DNA of 64,000 nucleotides from Candidatus Freyarchaeum deiterrae (GCA_037305845.1 CP147778.1:448001-512000); one strand, 5' to 3'. Shown: positions 39,955 through 50,209, counted from the first letter of the stretch. Made by a program: numbers and translations. The notes: generated by a model from the letters alone, not told the origin.

Positions 39955-40221
39955 CTATTTGTCTTTGAGTAGCTTGGATTTTATCTGACGTAGCCGCTCC
40001 AGGCTTATAGATCCAGCTTGATAGGCTTGAACAGCGACCATTAACTCTTCTATGATTTCGCGGTTTTTCAATATAAGCTCTGGAAGAATGTTGGGATCCC
40101 TCTCCTTTACTGATAACTCCTTCCAACAATCGTTAAAATGATCATTAATACTATTATTGAACACCTCGGCATCTATATCAGCCACTATTTTCTTCAAGCA
40201 ATCAAGAACGATCTCTACCAT
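39955..40221 (-). CDS. Small hypothetical helical protein
   Basis: 88-aa amphipathic ORF preceded by a G-rich RBS-like sequence. Confidence 0.55.
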   Translation of the reverse strand: MVEIVLDCLKKIVADIDAEVFNNSINDHFNDCWKELSVKERDPNILPELILKNREIIEELMVAVQAYQAGSISLERLRQIKSKLLKDK

Positions 40222-40697
40222 CCCTTAAACCCCCTTACCCGGAGATACCGCCATCAAATTTTCAGAGATCGAACTAAAGATCCTAATTAAGCTCCACCTA
40301 GGTTTCAGGAAGGTCTCGTATCGTCCACGCATGGATATAACATTGCGCCCATATACAACTTTGATAAACGAGTATTCTTCGACGCGGTACTGCCTCGGTA
40401 ACACCGAATTTTGAGCCTTACTCTCTATCTTTGTGAGGACTTTATTAATAAATTTATTTTATCATAAAAATGGTAAAAAAGTTAATATTATATAAAAAAT
40501 TGGAAAAAAATTTTTTATATTTTCAGTATTTTATAACATAGTTTATCTAAGAATCATACTTCTAAATGTTTAAACGTTAATAGCGTGATAAAGAGCAAAA
40601 GCTACGACCTTTGGGTACTCATCCTTAAAACTCAGTTCCGCTCTATCAAAGCGAAGTTCTAAAAAAAATTCTACGAAGACGGGTTGTGATATAATTT

Positions 40698-41891
40698 TTA
40701 GAACCAGTCTCCGGTTGAGAGTTTTTGAGGCAAGTAGGTTTCGGTTAAGTATTCGAATCCATGACTACTTAGTGCTTGAATCTCCGCCTTCCTTTTTAAC
40801 TCTATCATAAGTTGGAGGTCCTTAGTCCACTTTACATTCTTTTGAACAAAGGGCTCCTTAAGCATCTCCTTAGCACGCTTAATGTCCTTATCCGTCATCT
40901 TAAGCCAGCACTCTTTAGGAATATTATAATCGTCAAGGTCCTTGCTCAAGACTCCTAGGAGCTTCAATTCCGGTGTTGCAAGGAAGGGTGATTCATAGCT
41001 GAGGCGTTTACTGCCCCTGAGATAAACACTGTATATGTACATACCGTAGGGATCACTATCCATCAGTGCGAAGGCTGGAATTTTGAGTGCCTTTACCATT
41101 TTTCTGAGGAAGCTTCTCGTGGCTATGTCTGCTGATCCCTTTCCAGTTATTATGATACAGGGGACTTTGTTCCACCACTTGGCTTCGCTCAGCCGAATGA
41201 GTGCTGCGTCCTTTTCAACGACGAGTATGAACTCTGCATCGCTTTCTACTATTTTGATTTGGTCTAGGAAGGGTGTAATCGACCAGCCGCCGCTTCCTAG
41301 TTTTGTGAGGTCTATGTTGTCCCCGCTATCTCTTATGATGAGTCTACCTATGGCCATTCCCTTGGCACTCGCCACTACGTGTGTGGAGTCACGAGTGGTA
41401 CTGAGAAGAGGGGGAATGTCGTCTATTATTTTATCGCTGTAGAGCTGGTCTTTGAAGAGGTTAACATCATTGTAGAAGATTTCACGCTTCGTAGCGTGAA
41501 TGTCTCTCTCAACCAGGGTGTGTATGATTTCCATTACTCTCATGGTTCTCGCAACATCTGATGAGGTGGCTAGGCTTAGAAGAGCTCTTCCGCTCTTACC
41601 CTGTCCGAGGAGCAGTAGGTCACTATCCTCATCATATATTATATTGTCTCCTCCTCTCTGCGGTATCTCTATTACTGGTGGCTTTTTTTTCTCGACCTGT
41701 GATAGGAGTTCGCGCGATAGCTCGTGAATTTTTTTGTGAACTTCTTCTGAGGGTAATTCCTCAACAATCGCCGCACCGCTTGGTAGCTTGAACTTTGATT
41801 TCCTTTTTTCATTCATTTTTTCCTTAAGTTCCCTCACTTTATCAAGAGTGAGTTCAGATTTCACTACTCTTTCAGTCTTAGCCTTTGGCAA
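40698..41891 (-). CDS. top6A: DNA topoisomerase VI subunit A (Spo11 family)
   Basis: TKREIFY catalytic Tyr, LVVEKDA, ITGKG, DSDPYG, KAEIQAL, YLPQKL. Confidence 0.96.
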   Translation of the reverse strand: MPKAKTERVVKSELTLDKVRELKEKMNEKRKSKFKLPSGAAIVEELPSEEVHKKIHELSRELLSQVEKKKPPVIEIPQRGGDNIIYDEDSDLLLLGQGKSGRALLSLATSSDVARTMRVMEIIHTLVERDIHATKREIFYNDVNLFKDQLYSDKIIDDIPPLLSTTRDSTHVVASAKGMAIGRLIIRDSGDNIDLTKLGSGGWSITPFLDQIKIVESDAEFILVVEKDAALIRLSEAKWWNKVPCIIITGKGSADIATRSFLRKMVKALKIPAFALMDSDPYGMYIYSVYLRGSKRLSYESPFLATPELKLLGVLSKDLDDYNIPKECWLKMTDKDIKRAKEMLKEPFVQKNVKWTKDLQLMIELKRKAEIQALSSHGFEYLTETYLPQKLSTGDWF

Positions 41892-41906
41892 TTGTTATTC
41901 GCTCTC

Positions 41907-43877
41907 CTATTGACTCATTTTAGCTGCTTCGGTTAATCCCTCGGTACGGACTTTTTGATGAACATGAATGTTTTTGGGTGCGGTTGAGGTTGTGGGTGAG
42001 GGTGCGGATTCGGTTTCAGGTTTAGGTGTGGTTCTGGTTTTTGTTTTGGCCTTTGTTTGTGTTGTTAGTGTCTGTTGGGACTCCCTTTTCTCTTGTCGCG
42101 ATATTTTTCTTTCGGTTGAGTTTACCATTGCTTCAATGTTTTTGTACACTTCTTCATAGGTGGGTTTGACCTCTAATTCTGGATCGGATTGCTCTACCGC
42201 AACCAGGGACCTGGCAAACACTGCCGCGTGTTCTAGTAGCATCTTTGCTCTCTCCATTTTTCTGCTTTCGACTTCTCCCTTTGTTATATGTGACTTGAGC
42301 TTTCTACCCAGCTCCTCGAGAGCGAGTTTAACCTCTCTAACTAGTATATCGTCCGCAGCCAGAGCTTGTTTGCTTTGGGCTTTGAACATAACGTGTACAA
42401 ACGGACCACTGACATTGACAAAGAGCTTCACTGGTCCGCGGGGCAGTCCGTTTTCACCCCTGTCAATCTTGTAGTTTTTCCAGTTTACGCTCGCCGCAGC
42501 CTTCCATATTGCGCAGTCCGAGTTGTCCCTAAGTTTTGGGGTGCGGTTTGTGAATCGGTTTAGAACCATGTTACCAAAATCGTTTGAATTGTTATTCGTA
42601 TCGTAGGCAATTGCTGCCTCCACGACAAAGGCTAACCCTTTGCTGCTTGTAGGGGGGCGGGTAACAGCTTCTACGAACTCCGCATTGATGTTCTTCTTTA
42701 TAACTTCCTGAAGTACCTCTTTTCCAACAGGTACAACAGTGTCTACGGGAGGCGAAGGATACTTCATGCTTATGAAAGATCTATAGAGTGCGTTTATCTG
42801 ATCGTCGCTCAGCTTCTTGACTTGTGAGTTGGGCGTCAGTTTAGACCGAAGTCCAACGTTCGCGTTTTCAATTATATCCTTGGCTCTTTTGCTCCCTATT
42901 CTGCAGAAGGAGGTAGTAAGATAATCAACCACCCTCGAAGTCTTTGTGTTCCTAATTAACTCCTGAAAATCACCTATACTTGTGGACTCAGGGTGGGGTT
43001 CCGTGTAAACGGGTTCCACGGGGAACATCGAAACACGTCTTGGATAGATTGCCACCTCTCCAATAGGATCTACAAAGATAAGTGTTATGTGACTATTTAG
43101 GAGGGAGGTTTGGCGGATGTATTCATCAGCATAACCTCTAACATATTTAACGTTTAGATACCAGAGTTGCACGTATGTTCCGTGCTTGAAGGGAACAACA
43201 ACTCCCGTGGGTTCAATGGTGTACTTTTTCTTATTCTCACCGGTTGTGTAGAAAACCGAGAGTTCTCCCTTCTTTTCTTTTATATGTTTACTAATTACAG
43301 TAATGGGCCTTCCTGTGGTGTTTTGAGCGTCGCTGAAAGCGCTGGGCGCTCCAAAACCTTGGCTTCCCCTTGTTTGTCTTAACTTTTCCGCTTTACTTGA
43401 GGCCAAGTATATTCCATACTTCTCAAGGTCTACGGGACGTATACCGGAGCCGTTGTCGAAGGCCTCAAAAGAATACATCTCAATATCGGAGCCCTGAATA
43501 TCGTCGGGCAGTATCTCGGGCTTCTCAACTTTATGAATCATGATGAGAGCGATGGGCTCATCGTTTATTATATCTTTAAGAGGTTCAAGAATCTCTTTTA
43601 ATCTAGCAGAGATTGTGGCAGCCTTGAGTTTTCCCCCGTTTCCTTCCCAGGGGAAGGATGGGTACTCTATGATAGGGCTCTCGGAGCTCAGGTCCTTGAA
43701 GAGTTTATGCTTCCAATGAGCTGCTTCAATAGCGTCAAGGGAGTTATCTAGGAATTCTGCGGCGTACTGTGTGTGTTTGTGACGCTCTATTGAGAACCCC
43801 ACCAGCTGGGTTCTCTTTCTCATAAATTGAGCTATGTTTCCTTCTTTGATTTCGCCTTTGGAACCGGATTCCGACAT
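41907..43877 (-). CDS. top6B: DNA topoisomerase VI subunit B
   Basis: EFLDNSLDA, DNGSGI, QTRGSQGFG, HGT, PHP, FVVEAAIAY, RFTNRTP, VNWKNY, SKQA; adjacent to top6A. Confidence 0.93.
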   Translation of the reverse strand: MSESGSKGEIKEGNIAQFMRKRTQLVGFSIERHKHTQYAAEFLDNSLDAIEAAHWKHKLFKDLSSESPIIEYPSFPWEGNGGKLKAATISARLKEILEPLKDIINDEPIALIMIHKVEKPEILPDDIQGSDIEMYSFEAFDNGSGIRPVDLEKYGIYLASSKAEKLRQTRGSQGFGAPSAFSDAQNTTGRPITVISKHIKEKKGELSVFYTTGENKKKYTIEPTGVVVPFKHGTYVQLWYLNVKYVRGYADEYIRQTSLLNSHITLIFVDPIGEVAIYPRRVSMFPVEPVYTEPHPESTSIGDFQELIRNTKTSRVVDYLTTSFCRIGSKRAKDIIENANVGLRSKLTPNSQVKKLSDDQINALYRSFISMKYPSPPVDTVVPVGKEVLQEVIKKNINAEFVEAVTRPPTSSKGLAFVVEAAIAYDTNNNSNDFGNMVLNRFTNRTPKLRDNSDCAIWKAAASVNWKNYKIDRGENGLPRGPVKLFVNVSGPFVHVMFKAQSKQALAADDILVREVKLALEELGRKLKSHITKGEVESRKMERAKMLLEHAAVFARSLVAVEQSDPELEVKPTYEEVYKNIEAMVNSTERKISRQEKRESQQTLTTQTKAKTKTRTTPKPETESAPSPTTSTAPKNIHVHQKVRTEGLTEAAKMSQ

Positions 43878-44370
43878 TCTAATCATCTCTCATGCTTTTC
43901 TTCATATTGGTAGCAAACACGGAATTATTAACACTTATAATCTCGACAATTCGATATAAAAAGTGTTTGTACCATGCGAAATTTACAATAGTTTCACATA
44001 ATATGGTAGATTTCCCAAATTTTAAACCTTTTTACAAGAAACAAGTTGAAATAAGAATATTTTTTTCCAATTATTTTAAGTTAATCATAAATACATATAT
44101 AATTCCAGATGCACATCTTAGCAATTAATATAAATACTTTCATTATATACATATAATTCTAAAGATATTAAATACGATTAATTAAATAATATGTTACAAA
44201 AAGTATTCAAAGTTAAAAATAATTACTTAACTAAAAATTTTTCTCACCTGCATGAAAACAGATAGACAAACTCACTTTCCTATCTAATACACGTAGATAA
44301 TGTTGGAGGGTAGTTGTCCTTTCTCTCAGTCTCAATTACTTATTTAATTTAGGAGTGCTTTTTATCTCTG

Positions 44371-45588
44371 TTAAATATTGAACAAGTCCACTATATCCAA
44401 AACTGCTATATTCTCTTTTTCAGCTATTGAAAGTAGATTGTTTTCACAGAAGGGGCAAACAGTTACTATGTAATCCGCTCCAACTTCCTTTGCATCTTCC
44501 ACTCTTACTCTAGCTATTTCTGAAGCGAGATCCGGAAACGCAGATTTTACTCCTCCACCCGCTCCACAGCACCAGGCGGCTGTTCGGTTGCGTTTCATTT
44601 CCACAAAGTCTATACCTGGAACCTGTTTTATTATTTCGCGTGGAGGGTCAAAGAAATCGCAGTGGCGTCCCAAATGGCAAGGATCATGATAGGTTAATCT
44701 CTTCCCCTTGAAATCATTTCTGAGGCTCAGCTTTCCTTCTTTTAGTAGCCGCTCTAGTATCTCGGTTACGTGAACCACCTTGAAGGGTAATTCTTTTCCG
44801 TAGATTTCGGGGTAGTCTTTTTTGAGTGTTCTGTAGCATCCTGCGCAGTGTACCACCACTTCTTTGGCTTCGGCGTCCTGTAGTGCTTGAATGTTGTGTA
44901 AAACTAGTTTTTCTCCCAGCTCGCGCATACCCGTTCGCAGTGCCACTGAGCCGCAGCAATACTCTTCAGGATGTATCACAGCCGGTGTAACTCCCCCTGA
45001 AATCAGCAGTTTTATAGTTTTTTGGATGAGTTCGGGTTGCCTGTAGGGTTCGGTGCACCCCATAAAGAGTACTAGGTCGCCTTTGGATGGCAGTTCTACT
45101 CCTTCGGGTATCCAATCAATTCGTTTCTCGTGGGGTTCCATGTAGGGATTGTGCTGTTTTTCGCACCATTCCAGAACTTCCCTTTGTCGGGGCATTGGTC
45201 CGTAGCCTGCATCTACTAGGTCTGCTCGTAGTGCCTCGTAAATCTTTACGTGGTCGAGGTATCGGCCTATGTTGAGGCTGATGTTGGGGTCCATGGATTG
45301 GTGGCATGTTGCGTGGCAGTCGCCGCATGTGGTGCACTGGTATATGGCGTTGGCTAGCTCCTGGCTGGGCTTCAGTTTTCCCTCCAAGAGTCCGCGTATT
45401 ATCTGCATTTTTCCCCGCGCAAAGAAGGGCTCGAACCCCGGGGTTTGCTCCAGCACCGGGCAGACCTTGTATCTGCCTACCGTGTATCTGACTGCTGTGC
45501 GGCAGTCTCCGCAGGCGATGCATCCTATCGCTATGTCTCCGAGTTTTTTGAGGTGCCTCAGTTTCTCCACTTGTTGGGTTTTAGTCAT
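44371..45588 (-). CDS. Fe-S/CCG-domain oxidoreductase subunit (GlcF/HdrD-like)
   Basis: CIACGDC, CTTCGDC, two CCG domains, YHDPCHLGR, CPFC. Confidence 0.9.
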   Translation of the reverse strand: MTKTQQVEKLRHLKKLGDIAIGCIACGDCRTAVRYTVGRYKVCPVLEQTPGFEPFFARGKMQIIRGLLEGKLKPSQELANAIYQCTTCGDCHATCHQSMDPNISLNIGRYLDHVKIYEALRADLVDAGYGPMPRQREVLEWCEKQHNPYMEPHEKRIDWIPEGVELPSKGDLVLFMGCTEPYRQPELIQKTIKLLISGGVTPAVIHPEEYCCGSVALRTGMRELGEKLVLHNIQALQDAEAKEVVVHCAGCYRTLKKDYPEIYGKELPFKVVHVTEILERLLKEGKLSLRNDFKGKRLTYHDPCHLGRHCDFFDPPREIIKQVPGIDFVEMKRNRTAAWCCGAGGGVKSAFPDLASEIARVRVEDAKEVGADYIVTVCPFCENNLLSIAEKENIAVLDIVDLFNI

Positions 45589-47092
45589 TCTTGTCTTCCT
45601 CCGGACTGTAGAAGTGGAACTTGCCTGGGCTTAGCAGAAAGTTGGGATCCACTGTTCTCTTCGTGTCTTTGAAGAACTTGGTGAACTGTGGTTGGAAGGC
45701 GTTGGCTTCCATTATGGCTTGGCTTATGACCTCGCCCAGCCAGTAGTGCACTCCTCCGTATTCTACTTGGAAGTGTAGTCTATCCTTCCATAACTTCAGG
45801 TTGGTTTCTCTCATCTCGGGCTTGTTCCATGCGCTCATGCCTCCAACGATTACGCACTCCCCTCTTGGCATTACGTAAACTACTGCTGCTGTAGCTGGAG
45901 CCGCCATAGCGTTTGAATATTCCTGCGCCTTTTGAAGCGTGTACATATCTGAAACTTTAAAAACCTGTGGCATCTGGTCGATGGGAACCTTGTGACAGGT
46001 GGTGCAGCTGAAGTGACCCGGCATAACGCCGAAAACCCCGTGGAAGTACTGCCACTGACCCTGCTTTTTACCCACCCATTCTGCAATATTCCCCTCCTTG
46101 AGTGAAGGACCGAGTTCAACCACGTCAGGTTTCTTGAATTCCTCGTGAACAGTATCTCTCGCAATCTCAAACATCTTCTCGTTATCCGCTTCTATCCCAA
46201 CCATCATTATGGGTTTTGCGAGCATAAGGTCTTTCCAAGGCTTAACGACCTCGCTAAGCGAATAAATCATAACCACCGACGATGGCGTAATAGTTATATC
46301 CGAAACTCCCCAGCTGCACCTACGCTGAAGCGCGTGGCTAACTTTAGCCATGAATTCGTAGTCATCCGGGACAACGAAGGTGTATCCTTCTCTATACTCG
46401 GGCAGCGGGTAAATCTTCATAACCGCCTTGGTTTTGATGCCCATAGTTCCCACATCACCCATAAAGAGACCTGTAAAATCCGGACACATTCCCCATCTGG
46501 TGAAGGGTTTCTTAACGTACCTACTTGCACCGGAACCAGTGTTGATAATGTCTCCCTCAGGATTGGGAAGAACTACTTCTACTCCTATACAGTTATCAGA
46601 AACGGGGCCATACTTTGTGGAGCCGAAACCGATGGTGTTGTTTGAGAGCCCCCCGCCGATGGTGGCGCTCATACCGGAGCCCGGTCCCTCAACCCCGGTG
46701 GTGTAGCCCTTTTTGTGGAGAAACTCTATCAGTTCGCCCCACGTGATGCCGCACTCTACTACAACATTTCCCACGTCCTCGTTAAGTTCAACAACCCTGT
46801 TCATTCGCGTGAGATCAATGACAATTCCTCCCTCCACTATGGGTTTCGAGCCTCCCACGAGGTCTGCTCCGCCACCCCTCGGAACCATGGAAATCTTGTA
46901 CTTGTTCGCCACCCTGACAATGTGCGAAACCTCTTCTGCGGTTCCTGGGCGAACCACAATATCTGGCCATCTATCGGGCAGCGCGGGATCCACGTTTCGG
47001 GAATAAGCTTGCCTTACAAAATCCTTATCGGAAATGTAATCCGCTCCCAACGCATCCTCTATTTCCTTATACACTTTTTCCGTAACTAACAA
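45581..47092 (-). CDS. FAD-binding oxidoreductase (GlcD/D-lactate dehydrogenase-like, VAO fold)
   Basis: PDIVVRP, PRGGG, IDLTRMN, ATIGG, GTMGI.T, DPNFLLSPGK; TTG 47092 follows GAGGTGA. Confidence 0.88.
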   Translation of the reverse strand: MLVTEKVYKEIEDALGADYISDKDFVRQAYSRNVDPALPDRWPDIVVRPGTAEEVSHIVRVANKYKISMVPRGGGADLVGGSKPIVEGGIVIDLTRMNRVVELNEDVGNVVVECGITWGELIEFLHKKGYTTGVEGPGSGMSATIGGGLSNNTIGFGSTKYGPVSDNCIGVEVVLPNPEGDIINTGSGASRYVKKPFTRWGMCPDFTGLFMGDVGTMGIKTKAVMKIYPLPEYREGYTFVVPDDYEFMAKVSHALQRRCSWGVSDITITPSSVVMIYSLSEVVKPWKDLMLAKPIMMVGIEADNEKMFEIARDTVHEEFKKPDVVELGPSLKEGNIAEWVGKKQGQWQYFHGVFGVMPGHFSCTTCHKVPIDQMPQVFKVSDMYTLQKAQEYSNAMAAPATAAVVYVMPRGECVIVGGMSAWNKPEMRETNLKLWKDRLHFQVEYGGVHYWLGEVISQAIMEANAFQPQFTKFFKDTKRTVDPNFLLSPGKFHFYSPEEDKND

Positions 47093-47114
47093 AAAATTCA
47101 CCTCAAATTTGAGC

Positions 47115-47873
47115 CTAGTAACTTCGATTGTACACGAAAGGCAGATATTTCTCGGTATCCTCCCCAACCACTCTAAGAAGAACGGTTCCTTTAGACATTT
47201 TGGGCGTTCCTAGAGTGTAAATCATACCCATGTTCGTTACTGGTTCTATTTCGTAGAGGGGGTCTTTCTCCGATTTTTCAAAACTAATGGTTCCCGTTGC
47301 AGTGTGTACTTCCTTGGGTTCTGTGGTGATGTCGATTGCAAGAATTTCTGCCAAGCTTAGACCCTCCACGTCCGGGCTTGGAAACACCCTGAGGGAGAAT
47401 GTTGGTCCGAAACTCATGGTGCCCTCCATACTGCCTGTCAGAGTGCCCTTCATATCAACTATTTTGATGCCTTCCCTCTCTAATGTTCCCTTAACCTTGT
47501 CTCCATCCCTTTTCAGTTCTATTTTGGCTATCTTCTTGGGAAGCCCGTAAATCTCTCTCCCCCCGATCATAGCCGCGTCATTGTCAACATACATACAGGG
47601 GCAATATACTCCGTCAATGTTCCCCTGTTCTCCCGGGAAACTGGCTTGAACAAACATCGCAGACTCATTATACTTTACACCGAAGTTCGACTCGGGATAC
47701 TTTGCAATGAATACAAGTACTATTCCTTCCTTTCCAGCCTCTAGTGGCGGAGGAAGAATCTTCTGAATGGTTTCACGTTTCGAAAGGTAAATGGAGGCTA
47801 GAATCTGTGCGTTAGGCCATATATAGGGCGGCTTGGGTATGATTTCCTCGAAATCTTCTCGATAAAAACTCAA
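47115..47873 (-). CDS. Acetoacetate decarboxylase family protein (second paralog)
   Basis: LPPPLE, YNES, MYVDND, GGREIYGLPKK, DPL. Confidence 0.85.
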   Translation of the reverse strand: MSFYREDFEEIIPKPPYIWPNAQILASIYLSKRETIQKILPPPLEAGKEGIVLVFIAKYPESNFGVKYNESAMFVQASFPGEQGNIDGVYCPCMYVDNDAAMIGGREIYGLPKKIAKIELKRDGDKVKGTLEREGIKIVDMKGTLTGSMEGTMSFGPTFSLRVFPSPDVEGLSLAEILAIDITTEPKEVHTATGTISFEKSEKDPLYEIEPVTNMGMIYTLGTPKMSKGTVLLRVVGEDTEKYLPFVYNRSY

Positions 47874-48027
47874 AACTACCTCACCTCTACCAAGAAATAC
47901 TAAACATTATAAAATTGAATTATTTGATAGTTTATTATTATACTCTAGTTATACGAAATAAAAAGGTTTATGACGAAAAACAAATTTTGACTGGTTAAAA
48001 TTTGGATCGGATAACCTGAACTTCTAC

Positions 48028-48246
48028 TTATCGCTTCTTATGCAATTTGTCGTAGCGTTTGTTAACTTGGTAGCATCCTCTGTTCTCCTCGTTTGCGAAT
48101 ACGCAAAGCTGCCCAGGGTGCTCGATGCTGTAATTGTAGCAGAAATGGCACATCGACTTTCCGGCTCCTAATTTTTTACTGGCGTTTTCCAGACGTATTT
48201 CTTCGCATAATCTGAGGGCAATATCTTTGGGTATTGCATCTTTCAC
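48028..48246 (-). CDS. Small Cys-rich hypothetical protein
   Basis: 72 aa with C...CHFC...C...GC and an AGGAG RBS. Confidence 0.6.
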   Translation of the reverse strand: MKDAIPKDIALRLCEEIRLENASKKLGAGKSMCHFCYNYSIEHPGQLCVFANEENRGCYQVNKRYDKLHKKR

Positions 48247-48403
48247 TCTTCATTACTCCTTTCACTTATTATTTGGTAGTTATTTATGAAAAGCAAAATT
48301 CTTGGAAGTAAATACTAATATTACAATTTTCAAAAATGGAAATATAGTTTAGAAAAGGCATTCTATTTAATTATTTTTGCTATTCCCTTTTGGTTGGGTG
48401 CTT

Positions 48404-48967
48404 CTATCCTGACAGATGTTTGTCGTAGACTGCCTGAATTCTTTGCATCAGCTCCGCGACATCTTCTGGGTTCATATCGGCCATTATTGCCTCTGTGAGT
48501 TCCCTGATATCTTCCATTTTTTCTCGGGATTCCTGCGATATGTTTATGATAGTTTGTGTGTTTCCGGAGCCGCCCATCATTTGTTGCATCATCTTGTTCA
48601 TGAGGTCCATGCCTTCGCCGGTCATCATCTGCTCCATTATTTTTCCAATCAATCCCATTCCTGCACCCATAATCTGACTAATGTCTTCTGGTGGTCCTCC
48701 TCCCTTAAACATGTCCTGCATATTTTGCAATTTCGCCATATCCTCTGGTGATAGTGAAGAGAACACCTTGTCCATCATTTTTTGCATGTTTTCCATGTTT
48801 TCTCCGCTGAATAGATTATCCATCATCTGTGGGGAGGCTGACATCATAGCATGCTTATCTTCCTCAGGGAGCTCCGAGAGTATTTGATCGATTCTATTCT
48901 CTAGATATGCCATCTTTTCTTCTTTGGACATTTTTTTGATTTTCTTAATTTCGTCGTCAGTAACCAA
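48404..48967 (-). CDS. Met-rich alpha-helical protein (STI1-like composition)
   Basis: Repeated PQMM/MQKMM/MMQQMMG helices; GAGGTGA RBS before TTG. Confidence 0.7.
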   Translation of the reverse strand: MVTDDEIKKIKKMSKEEKMAYLENRIDQILSELPEEDKHAMMSASPQMMDNLFSGENMENMQKMMDKVFSSLSPEDMAKLQNMQDMFKGGGPPEDISQIMGAGMGLIGKIMEQMMTGEGMDLMNKMMQQMMGGSGNTQTIINISQESREKMEDIRELTEAIMADMNPEDVAELMQRIQAVYDKHLSG

Positions 48968-49276
48968 AACTTTTCACCTCAGACAATATTTTCATAGTCT
49001 AATGGGGGTAATAACTCTTTTTAGTCTATTTTATTATAGCTTATCCACAGAAACAGTGTAGAAATCTCTTGCTCCTAGGGGGGATTGGAAAGGTATTTGT
49101 CGAAAGCTCTTTAATAGAGAGGAAAAAACTCACTTAACTTTCTGCATTTGTCTTTGGTGGGAAACCTTTTTCGTACTCAAAATTTATACTAAAAGGGAAG
49201 AATGAAAATTAAATATTTAAATAATAATGTAAAAGTTCTTAAGATAAACGTAGAATGAGTATTTGAGGTTGTCAAA

Positions 49277-50209
49277 TTGAGTGAAGGCTTCTTTGAGCGG
49301 AATAGGTTTCTGATTTATCTTATCATACTTGTTTTCAGCTGGGGCGCTATAACCTTTCTTTTAGACCCACTCTTGGATGAGTTATACACCTTCGTTCCAG
49401 TTCCCATATCCGAGTACTACCCCCTATCTGGGTTCACGGCTTACCTCTCCGTAGGAAGAATCTGGAGTTTCCTACTTTTGGGAGGCGTAGGCACCGTAAT
49501 GTTTTACTTAATTTTTAGAGAAATACTCGCTCAGCCTCCGGAGACCGAGAGAACCAAAAGGACTCAAATCTTGGTTGAGATTATTTTCATGGTTTTCATA
49601 TTCATATTCGTCGGCGGACTGGGCATGCACTACGTAGCAAATGAACTCCACGTTTACACTTCTCTCTTCTCTCTAGTATTGCCCTATACACCATTCACGA
49701 TAGACCCCCTAACGTTTACTAATAACCTAAATTATTTGGTGTACTTTTTCGATGAAGTTTTAGGACATAAACTCATATTCCTAGGAATATTTGGTTTCAT
49801 AGTTATGGGAACCATTCTTCAAACAAAGCACAAATATCAAAGAATTTTCACTCGCAGGGACTACTTTATATACGGGTTCCTAGGCCTACTTTTCGGCTTG
49901 GGAATGGGAGTGAGCACTGTTGAAGGACAAGCAGCATTCGAAACAATAATCTTCTCCGCCTCCATCATAATTATAATGTTAATATTACTAGCAACAAAGA
50001 AAGTACGACTGGCCGAAACAAATGGAAAAACTGTAAAATCAACCCCCTTCTACCCATTCTCCCTCCTATTCTTCGTTGGCATCGTAATCGCCATAATAGG
50101 TTGCGCCCTTTATTTCGGAACCATGCCAGCATACCCCTTTTTCATTCAACCCTCCCAGAAGGCGTTAATAAACACAGAAATACTACAATACATCCTCTCA
50201 ACCCTTTAA
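49277..50209 (+). CDS. Multi-pass membrane protein resembling eukaryotic CLN6
   Basis: About 7 TM helices; motifs SVG, G.GMHYVAN, YFFDEVLGH, VEGQ, TNG, YP..QP occur in the same order as in CLN6. Confidence 0.7.
   Translation: MSEGFFERNRFLIYLIILVFSWGAITFLLDPLLDELYTFVPVPISEYYPLSGFTAYLSVGRIWSFLLLGGVGTVMFYLIFREILAQPPETERTKRTQILVEIIFMVFIFIFVGGLGMHYVANELHVYTSLFSLVLPYTPFTIDPLTFTNNLNYLVYFFDEVLGHKLIFLGIFGFIVMGTILQTKHKYQRIFTRRDYFIYGFLGLLFGLGMGVSTVEGQAAFETIIFSASIIIIMLILLATKKVRLAETNGKTVKSTPFYPFSLLFFVGIVIAIIGCALYFGTMPAYPFFIQPSQKALINTEILQYILSTL

Noticed and set aside
40225-40404. 59-codon GTG-start ORF upstream of the 88-aa gene (minus strand)
   Set aside because: No RBS or recognisable motif; cannot be distinguished from chance.
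40581-40654. SECIS element
   Set aside because: The upstream gene top6A has no in-frame TGA and the SECIS core geometry is not met.
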